64,000 nt of DNA from a virus, in the IMG/VR virus record IMGVR_UViG_3300011113_000649, positions 41,554 through 105,553 of that record; one strand, written 5' to 3'. Both the position numbers and the translations under genes were made by a program. Numbering within the stretch: the first letter of the stretch is position 1; every line of letters starts with the position of its first letter. Shown piece by piece: positions 30,101 through 37,228 of this stretch. The notes under the pieces are model-generated. The model ran no database searches. It was given only the letters and a program-made list of their open reading frames with translations, and had not been told where the DNA came from.

Positions 30101-30615
30101 CAGATAGTATGTACACAGGTTGTGTAATTTGACCAAATATCTTCTATAAGTTTTTCTATAAAATTCCATTCTCCTCCAGCTAAACCACTACCAAATTTAG
30201 GACAATGAATTTGTATCTTTTCTTTGTCTAAGTTTTGAGCATAATTCCTAACTTCTACCATACACTTGACAAGAGCTTCGTAGTTAAGAGGTCTGGGATT
30301 GTTTTGACTAATAGTTCTATTTTGAGCTATCATGTTCGCAAAAATTAATTCATGCAAATATTCTGGATCTTTCATTACTCTAACGTACTGAACATATCCC
30401 AATTTAGTTTTGTTACCAAGTAGTTCAAAATTAGTGGCTACTATAGGATAGGATTCTCTAACAGCAGCAGCAAATCCAGCACCAAACAGCCCTATATTAT
30501 TACACACATGAGGTATTATAATAGTACTGCCTAGATGTTTTGATTGAATAATATTTTTAGTCACCTCAAATATATTAGATTTTACTAGTCTTAGTCTTGG
30601 CTTGTCTTTAAGCAT
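30100..30615 (-). CDS. macro-domain (ADP-ribose processing) protein
   Basis: IPHVCNNIGLFGAGFA, NMIAQ, CPKFGSGLAGGEW. Confidence 0.85.
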   Translation of the reverse strand: MLKDKPRLRLVKSNIFEVTKNIIQSKHLGSTIIIPHVCNNIGLFGAGFAAAVRESYPIVATNFELLGNKTKLGYVQYVRVMKDPEYLHELIFANMIAQNRTISQNNPRPLNYEALVKCMVEVRNYAQNLDKEKIQIHCPKFGSGLAGGEWNFIEKLIEDIWSNYTTCVHTI

Positions 30616-30619
30616 ATTT

Positions 30620-30847
30620 TTACCATCTATTTATAGGACACTTTTGATCCGCCCATGCTAATTTATTCATGAATATTTCTTTAGTATTTATATTGCATCC
30701 GCATTGTAGGCATTTAGATTCTTGATCATCGAAAAACTCACAAGCAGCACAGATTCCATATCTTTTTAATATTTGTTTTTTTGAACACTTGGGTGAGCCA
30801 TGGTAAATATGCCAAAATAATGCTTTAATAAATTTTAGAATTTTCAT
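30620..30847 (-). CDS. small Cys-rich protein
   Basis: R..IC..C..C..CGC..K..CP..W pattern. Confidence 0.6.
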   Translation of the reverse strand: MKILKFIKALFWHIYHGSPKCSKKQILKRYGICAACEFFDDQESKCLQCGCNINTKEIFMNKLAWADQKCPINRW

Positions 30848-31064
30848 TTTTATATTCTTTAATAGGTAAGATATTATTATCTTTGTCTAGTATATAAACT
30901 GGGTTAACTTCTATTATAGTATTACTGTCAAGCCATTTAGCATTTCCGTTCAAAAGACTATAACACAACTTTTTACCATTGGCCTTAAAGTCAGACGTTA
31001 ATAACCAGTAGCTATTATCTAACTTAAATGTATCACCATTACTGATTTCCTCTAGATATTTCAA
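30825..31064 (-). CDS. hypothetical protein
   Basis: Coupled ORF. Confidence 0.55.
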   Translation of the reverse strand: MKYLEEISNGDTFKLDNSYWLLTSDFKANGKKLCYSLLNGNAKWLDSNTIIEVNPVYILDKDNNILPIKEYKNENSKIY

Positions 31065-31255
31065 CTATATTCCTCCCAGTCCTCCCACTTTTCTTCTTCT
31101 TGCATTTCCTGAATTCTCTTTTTTATAGTTTGTTTATTTAGTTTTTTAAATCTTTGTTCTTCATTAAAATCACTAGATAATTTTCTATCTTTTTTTTTGC
31201 TATCTATTTTTTCTTTACGAAAAGATTTCCTGTCAAAACTATCAAAGTCTTTCAT
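31061..31255 (-). CDS. small charged protein
   Basis: ORF directly downstream of a consensus promoter. Confidence 0.55.
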   Translation of the reverse strand: MKDFDSFDRKSFRKEKIDSKKKDRKLSSDFNEEQRFKKLNKQTIKKRIQEMQEEEKWEDWEEYS

Positions 31256-31438
31256 TTTATTTTTTTAGTTTTATGTTCTTCAATCCAAGAGATGAATTTT
31301 TGAATTCTAGTATGGCCTGACTGTTCATTATATTTGCTGTTGGGAGATCTGTCAATAGCCACTACACAAGAATTTATTCCAGCAAAACGACTATCTATAA
31401 AAAAGACCATCATCACTATCTCCACCAGCAATTAAAAA
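31252..31438 (-). pseudogene. decayed 3' fragment of a trypsin-like protease gene
   Basis: FLIAGGDSDDGLF/(+1 frameshift)/IDSRFAGINSCVVAIDRSPNSKYNEQSGHTRIQKFISWIEE aligns with the C-terminus of 48623..49390. Confidence 0.85.
31327..31355 (-). promoter_or_regulatory. perfect sigma70 consensus promoter
   Basis: TTGACA-17 nt-TATAAT. Confidence 0.8.
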
Positions 31439-31471
31439 CACACATAATATAGTCTTGATCATAAAATATCG

Positions 31472-31783
31472 TTATTTATAGGGTTTGTTTTTTATCTTAT
31501 TTAGGTACAGTTCGCAATCTTCTATGACATATTTATTCCAGCTTTTATAGTCCATTAAATGGCCAAATATAAAATGGCAAGGATCATCACACAAAGTAAT
31601 CAGATTTGACGGATCTAGTTCTCTATCTGGATTGCAATGAACGGGTTCTATATGATGAACCTCTAATTTTTTATTTCTACCGCAAGCCGCACAAGTTGGC
31701 TGATTATTAAGATGTTCTTTTCTAACACTACTCCATTTTGGAGAACGGTAAGCAAATCTAAGAAATTTTTTGAATCCAAACAT
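31472..31783 (-). CDS. small HNH endonuclease
   Basis: CAACG..LEVHHI..NLITLC..CH. Confidence 0.85.
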   Translation of the reverse strand: MFGFKKFLRFAYRSPKWSSVRKEHLNNQPTCAACGRNKKLEVHHIEPVHCNPDRELDPSNLITLCDDPCHFIFGHLMDYKSWNKYVIEDCELYLNKIKNKPYK

Positions 31784-32433
31784 TATTGTTGTTCTTTAAA
31801 CTCATAAAAATACAATTCTTCTTCGCTCTCGCTAATCCATCTACTACCAGTATTTTCGCAACTGAATTCTAGACTAAATACTTCCCAATCTGGTTTTTTA
31901 TCAAATTTTTTAACAATAAAACTACCGCCGTCCATCCAAAGCACCCTATTGTTAGGCTGCAAAAAATATTGCCCACCAGACCCCTGAAAAAAATGTCCAC
32001 ACTTATGACCAGCAGACATTTCTCCATAGCCACTTTGATATTGTGGCCCCAAACACCAATCTATAGTAAATAGATATTTTGCTTTGTGTAGCGTTTTATC
32101 CTTAAGAAAGATATTTGCCGCTCTATTTTTAGAGTATTGGTCTATTTTGATAGAAGCATAATAACTAATACTATCCCACAGCTGAATCCAGTCTAATAAA
32201 TAGTTTGACCCACCCGATTCTGTTGATCTTAAATAGTGAATTGGAACTCTAGCGTGCTGACTACCATATTCGGTCATCACAGAAAATAACGCACATCTTT
32301 GTGGAATACTAGTGAAGTTAAAAACCTCTACCGCTATTCTTTCTGAGTTAACATCTGGAGGTTTATTGTAGAAAAAATTTGTATCTAAGTAGCAAAAAAA
32401 AGTAGGAGTATCTATATTTAGATAATTACTCAT
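31783..32433 (-). CDS. conserved phage hypothetical protein
   Basis: QLWD, YLFTIDW, HKCGH, QPNNR motifs. Confidence 0.65.
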   Translation of the reverse strand: MSNYLNIDTPTFFCYLDTNFFYNKPPDVNSERIAVEVFNFTSIPQRCALFSVMTEYGSQHARVPIHYLRSTESGGSNYLLDWIQLWDSISYYASIKIDQYSKNRAANIFLKDKTLHKAKYLFTIDWCLGPQYQSGYGEMSAGHKCGHFFQGSGGQYFLQPNNRVLWMDGGSFIVKKFDKKPDWEVFSLEFSCENTGSRWISESEEELYFYEFKEQQ

Positions 32434-33431
32434 AACACTTTAGATGCTATTAAACACCCTTTAGAAACCGCATGTAGTGGATCTGAGGCGTGAACGACCT
32501 CTTTAACTGGTAATGGAAAATTATTTTGAGTCAATTTTTGTGCAAATAATTCAATATATCCTTTTGCTTGTGATGTACCACCAGCAATAACAATTTTAAG
32601 AGGATTCTTAAATTTAGGAAGAGATTTATGATTAGTTAATGCAAATGCTAGCTGTTTTGTAGTATAATCAATTAATCTTTCATAATATGCCGACACAGCA
32701 GCAAGCACAGGATTCTCGTTCTGTTCACCGATTTTAAAATCGCCGCCCTCTTTCTCTGCTTGAACAACACTGTCTGTTTCTCCAGTGGCTACAGCACTCA
32801 TGCGGTCGATCCAATCGCCAGACTTTGTTGTGCTAAAGACTACTGTAGGTTCGCCATTTAACATGACACACACATTTGTCATACCGGCACCACAACTAAT
32901 TGCTATACCAGTATAGTCTTCGTTTTCTAATTCAGCATAGCACAAAGCTTCTGCTTCATTGATTGCTCTAGCATCATAGCCACACTCTGCTAATACTGTT
33001 TTAACCACATCTTCGTGATAGCCTACATCAAAATCTTCATCTTCTTGATCAACTGGTTGTGCGGGGACACAAAATACTAATTTTTCTTCTGTCTCTGAAG
33101 ATTGTCCGACTACTTCTTTTAAAATAAACGATAGGATTCTTTTTGCGTCTTTTTCTTTAGCGGACACAACCCCTCTATACATGGGTCTTTTGGCAGCGTC
33201 GTTTCTTTCTACGGCTTTTTCTATGGCATCCTTGCCCAAGATAATAAAAGATCCATCATTATCTTTAATAAATGTTTTTCCCGACAAGCCTTTTTCTATC
33301 ATTTTTGTAGCAACTGGCGTTGTGGGCTTTATAATATAAAAAGCATCTCGAAAATCTTTATATTCTATATTTCCATTTTTTTCTTGCGATAAAACTATAA
33401 AACTTGTACCTACATCTAAGCCCTTAGCCAT
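32430..33431 (-). CDS. actin-like ATPase (MreB/MamK/FtsA superfamily)
   Basis: GLDVGTS, RPM..GV, NEAEA, SCGAGMTNV, IAGGTS. Confidence 0.85.
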   Translation of the reverse strand: MAKGLDVGTSFIVLSQEKNGNIEYKDFRDAFYIIKPTTPVATKMIEKGLSGKTFIKDNDGSFIILGKDAIEKAVERNDAAKRPMYRGVVSAKEKDAKRILSFILKEVVGQSSETEEKLVFCVPAQPVDQEDEDFDVGYHEDVVKTVLAECGYDARAINEAEALCYAELENEDYTGIAISCGAGMTNVCVMLNGEPTVVFSTTKSGDWIDRMSAVATGETDSVVQAEKEGGDFKIGEQNENPVLAAVSAYYERLIDYTTKQLAFALTNHKSLPKFKNPLKIVIAGGTSQAKGYIELFAQKLTQNNFPLPVKEVVHASDPLHAVSKGCLIASKVL

Positions 33432-33435
33432 AATT

Positions 33436-33756
33436 TTACCTCTTTAAATTTTTGAGTTTATTTACAGAATTAGAAATATTATCTTGTGTTTTTTTAACTT
33501 CTCCCAAAGAGTCGTATTTTTTTTCTAATCCTTCTGTTTTAATATCTGTTACAAACGTCTTATCGTCTATGGAAATAGAATTATTTTCTTTGGTAGTAGA
33601 ATTTTGTTGTTTAAAAAATGATTTGGGCCGATCTGTAGATACACCATTTCGACTAGAAGATAAGCCAAATAAATAGCCTATAATAAAAGTATTGACTATA
33701 ACAATAGTACCAACAAAAATTATAATAGTGTTTATATCAATCATTGATTCAGCCAC
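33436..33756 (-). CDS. single-pass membrane protein
   Basis: N-terminal TM; immediately upstream of the actin-like gene. Confidence 0.6.
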   Translation of the reverse strand: MAESMIDINTIIIFVGTIVIVNTFIIGYLFGLSSSRNGVSTDRPKSFFKQQNSTTKENNSISIDDKTFVTDIKTEGLEKKYDSLGEVKKTQDNISNSVNKLKNLKR

Positions 33757-34118
33757 TCATTATATTTATTTTTAGAATATCCTTTAATTCGAGATTTAGT
33801 TTTATCTTGAAAAATAATCCTAGAATCCGGAATAACAGATATGTCATATTTTTTCTTTAGATCTTCATTGTTATTGACGTCTATATAACATATAATATAT
33901 TTATCAATAGCTGGACTAAGATTAAACGACAAAATATCATCCTTCAAGAGATTACAAAAACGGCAATCGTCAGTACCAAATATCAATAACATTGGCTTAT
34001 TCAAAGAGTTAGAAATTCTTTGAGCATCGCCGATATCACGCATAATGAAAGTTTCATTAGCATAAGACTGTAACGAAAACATAGTTACTATAAACGCAAA
34101 CAATATTATTTTGAACAT
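33741..34118 (-). CDS. exported thioredoxin-fold protein
   Basis: Signal peptide, KPMLLIFGTDDCRFC, VIP. Confidence 0.8.
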   Translation of the reverse strand: MFKIILFAFIVTMFSLQSYANETFIMRDIGDAQRISNSLNKPMLLIFGTDDCRFCNLLKDDILSFNLSPAIDKYIICYIDVNNNEDLKKKYDISVIPDSRIIFQDKTKSRIKGYSKNKYNEWLNQ

Positions 34119-35005
34119 ATTGCACCTATGATTCTACCCTTTTGTGTACGATGAACAAAACCTTTTCTAACTAAATAGGGTTCGATACTATTTTCAATAG
34201 TTTCGATAGCAATACCAGTTAGAGAACTAATTGATTTCAAGCCCAATGGATTACCCTTATTATTTTTTAAAACATCTAAATACATTCTATCATACACATC
34301 TAAACCATATTCATCAATACCTTGTAGACTAAAAATGTCGTGGATAGTTACACTATTACCATTGCACATCTTATAGTTTTTATACCACTGCAATCTTCCA
34401 TTGAGAATTCTTGGTGTGCCTTTACTTCTTTTGGCAATTTCTAAAAGATCTGAATCTGGTATGACTAATCCTAAATTACTAGAATTCAATCCTGCTAGTT
34501 TGGCTAGTTCATTATCGGTATAAAACGATAAATGTTCTTTAATCTGAAAACGATCATAAAATGGTTGGCTTAAACTACCACCGCTGGTTGTGGCCCCAAC
34601 TAAGGTAAATGCTGGTATTTCTATTTCTTCAGGCTCTTTTTCGAGAATAATATTAATTTTGAAATCTTCCATTACTGGATATAAAAACTCTTCAACTAGT
34701 TTGGGTAGGCGATGAATTTCATCAATAAAGAATACAGATCTTTTAGTCATTCTCATTAAGTATGGTAGAACGCTTTTAACACTTCTTAAATTAGCCGCGT
34801 TAGCAGTGTACAAATTTACTTCCATTTCTGTGGCTATAGCACCCGCTATGGTTGTTTTACCAAGGCCAGGAGGCCCATCAATTAAAACATGGGGTAGGAC
34901 GCTACCGCTTTTTTTACAGCCGGTCGTAGAGATTTTAAGGCGTTCAACCACATCGGATTGTCCAATAATTTTATCAAAGGATGTTGGTCGTTTAATTGTT
35001 GACAT
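34106..35005 (-). CDS. ruvB: Holliday junction branch migration helicase RuvB
   Basis: RP..F..IIGQ, GPPGLGKTT, FIDEIHRL, GATT, GTPRI, IEPYL..TQKGR. Confidence 0.95.
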   Translation of the reverse strand: MSTIKRPTSFDKIIGQSDVVERLKISTTGCKKSGSVLPHVLIDGPPGLGKTTIAGAIATEMEVNLYTANAANLRSVKSVLPYLMRMTKRSVFFIDEIHRLPKLVEEFLYPVMEDFKINIILEKEPEEIEIPAFTLVGATTSGGSLSQPFYDRFQIKEHLSFYTDNELAKLAGLNSSNLGLVIPDSDLLEIAKRSKGTPRILNGRLQWYKNYKMCNGNSVTIHDIFSLQGIDEYGLDVYDRMYLDVLKNNKGNPLGLKSISSLTGIAIETIENSIEPYLVRKGFVHRTQKGRIIGAICSK

Positions 35006-35420
35006 TTAATTCTCCCAAATTTTGTAATATATATTTAATCAATAATCCCGCATGTGTTACAGGATGTTTTTCGAAAGCTTTTGTAGTCATTGATAGTGAT
35101 TCTTGACTAGTAAAACCATATCCACATAAAATCTTAACGCATTGATTTTGTAGACTACTTGGTATAGTCTGAGTGGCTACTAATGGTTTTGGCGATAAAG
35201 TAGGCGTAACTTTGTTATCTGTTATATAGCATATATTCAGCTTGACGATCTGTTTTGGTTTAAATATGTTACCGCAGTCACAAACCATTTTAAAGTTTTT
35301 TGTTTGTGCTTCTTTCAAAGATATCCAATGATCATAGTTGCACTTTTTGTCTGGACATCTATATTTCAAATGAACATCCACATCAATCGGTTTTAGGTTT
35401 TTCTTTTTCATTTTCGTCAT
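34992..35420 (-). CDS. Zn-ribbon protein with RuvA domain III-like C-terminus
   Basis: CPDKKC..CDCG followed by CVKILCGYGFTSQES..LIKYILQNL. Confidence 0.5.
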   Translation of the reverse strand: MTKMKKKNLKPIDVDVHLKYRCPDKKCNYDHWISLKEAQTKNFKMVCDCGNIFKPKQIVKLNICYITDNKVTPTLSPKPLVATQTIPSSLQNQCVKILCGYGFTSQESLSMTTKAFEKHPVTHAGLLIKYILQNLGELNVNN

Positions 35421-35808
35421 CTTTTACCCAAAAAACAAAATCATTTGACTCATCATCAAATGCCATTTCTACCAATCCCTTTTGAACTAATCCATTTATA
35501 ATATTACTTACCATTCTATCATTAAGTTTATGGACTATATCAGCAAACATATCTTCGTTTAAGACATATCTAATTTTTTTAGTAATTTTATTTCGTTCTT
35601 TTTTAATATTCTCTTTGATTATCACTAAAGACTCTTGATGTGATAGCGTCTTGTCGAATTCTTCTTTTTCGTTATCTTTAACATCATCTATCATTAGATC
35701 TAAAACAGATTTATCTTGCCAGACTCCAAAATTATTATATACTATTGCCCTAGCTTTATCTGTAAATTCTGATAAGTTCGCAACGACAAACCATTGAGAT
35801 TCTGACAT
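35383..35808 (-). CDS. hypothetical protein (paralog of 51538..51933)
   Basis: Shared LV-K-LVE-A-DD--N--VFW tail. Confidence 0.6.
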   Translation of the reverse strand: MSESQWFVVANLSEFTDKARAIVYNNFGVWQDKSVLDLMIDDVKDNEKEEFDKTLSHQESLVIIKENIKKERNKITKKIRYVLNEDMFADIVHKLNDRMVSNIINGLVQKGLVEMAFDDESNDFVFWVKDDENEKEKPKTD

Positions 35809-35817
35809 TTTTCCCCC

Positions 35818-36246
35818 TTAGTTTAAGATATCAAACAATCCTTTGTAATAGTTTGGTTGTTGTATAAAGTGTTTAGCGTTTGATTGCAGGTGTAGTTTAT
35901 ACTCTTGATTTATGGGATCAAAAACAAAATATTTGCTTTTCCATATGGGTATACCACTATAATTGGATCCCAAATACTGGAGTTTTGAGTTGCTCTCAGT
36001 ATTGGGGTTCCAACTATTCACAGGAAACACATACATAGGAAATCCAGAGATATTAGTTATTTTATAATCATTATTCTCTGGATTTTTAAGGATATCATTG
36101 ATCATTTTGGCGATCCATTCTGATAACGGGGCATTATTTATATCAAATTTGAAATAGAACTTATATGGATCGTATTGATCATTGTTATCATAATCATAAT
36201 GATCGTCATCATATCCATCATCTTCGTCATCGTATGGATCATGCAC
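35818..36246 (-). CDS. hypothetical protein with acidic N-terminus
   Basis: Start refined to GTG 36246 after a GAGGAG RBS. Confidence 0.55.
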   Translation of the reverse strand: MHDPYDDEDDGYDDDHYDYDNNDQYDPYKFYFKFDINNAPLSEWIAKMINDILKNPENNDYKITNISGFPMYVFPVNSWNPNTESNSKLQYLGSNYSGIPIWKSKYFVFDPINQEYKLHLQSNAKHFIQQPNYYKGLFDILN

Positions 36247-36264
36247 AGCAAACTCCTCATTTAA

Positions 36265-36330
36265 AAGGGAATTAGGGAATCGAACCCTAAGACTTAGCAC
36301 TAACTAGTCCAGTCACCAGACTATTCTCTT
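36265..36330 (-). ncRNA. tRNA-like element without a canonical anticodon loop
   Basis: T arm TAGGG-TTCGATT-CCCTA, acceptor-like AAGAGAAT/ATTCCCTT, mini D arm AGTC-TGGT-GACT, third stem GGACT/AGTCT with an 11-nt loop. Confidence 0.55.
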
Positions 36331-36338
36331 GACCTTAA

Positions 36339-37202
36339 TCAGCCAGGATACGAGTTGTCGTAATCGTCTTCGTCCTCATAATCTTCATTATCATCAAACT
36401 GATCCCAGTAATCGTCGCGGATATCATAATCCTCGTCATCCTCATAATCAGCATACTCATCTTCTGAAAAGTTTGCCGAATAAAGAGGCTTGAGAAGTTC
36501 GCCTTGATACTCTCCAACAACTTCATATTGGCAAGTGCGAAGTTTCTCACAATTACAGTCGCTAGGAACACTAACTACATCACGAGGATTAATCTTTACG
36601 ATAACAATATGATCACCAGCTTCTAGACTACCATAACCAGCAACATAATTCAATGCACCAGCATGAAGACCATCAGAACAACCTCTGGCACGATCATCAT
36701 CAACCTTGGCTCTTTGCATCTTGCAAATCTTGCCAACACTATTATCAAATACTCCACGATACTTGTCCTTAAAATCACTTCTAACAGCCTTATAGGCAAG
36801 GAAATGACCATCCTCAGTAATCGGCAGATGCTCATGCTCAAGGAAATCATACAGTTCCTTTTGACTCTGCATACTAGGATTCTCCATCAGATTATTGAGA
36901 AAATTAACAAGAGGCTGAAAAGGTAGACCCTTGCTCATAAACTCAAGAATACGCTTGCTGATAGATCCATGAACAACCTCACCCTCATAGGTGACTTGAC
37001 CATTCTTAATCTCAACAAGACCATCACTAAAAGTAGCCACAGCCTTTTCAACATCAACAATATCAAGAAGTTCATCTGCGGTCGCTGTTGGCAACGCCTC
37101 AATAATCATCTTGTAGTTAATATGATCTGGCAAAACCTGATAGGTTCTGTTATTAAGAACCAACGTAAGATTACCATCAACCCACATAAAAGGAACGCTC
37201 AT
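36339..37202 (-). CDS. rIIB: rIIB-like protein
   Basis: NPS..ELYDFL, ITEDGHFLAYKAV, CSDGLH, KINPRDVVSVP..KLRTCQY; start refined after AGGAGA. Confidence 0.85.
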   Translation of the reverse strand: MSVPFMWVDGNLTLVLNNRTYQVLPDHINYKMIIEALPTATADELLDIVDVEKAVATFSDGLVEIKNGQVTYEGEVVHGSISKRILEFMSKGLPFQPLVNFLNNLMENPSMQSQKELYDFLEHEHLPITEDGHFLAYKAVRSDFKDKYRGVFDNSVGKICKMQRAKVDDDRARGCSDGLHAGALNYVAGYGSLEAGDHIVIVKINPRDVVSVPSDCNCEKLRTCQYEVVGEYQGELLKPLYSANFSEDEYADYEDDEDYDIRDDYWDQFDDNEDYEDEDDYDNSYPG

Positions 37203-37228
37203 TTTATTTCTCCTGTTTCCTGTGAAAA

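Noticed and set aside
36247-36300. ORF-track N-terminal extension MLSLRVRFPNS of 35818..36300
   Set aside because: It runs through the tRNA-like element; a GAGGAG RBS supports GTG 36246.
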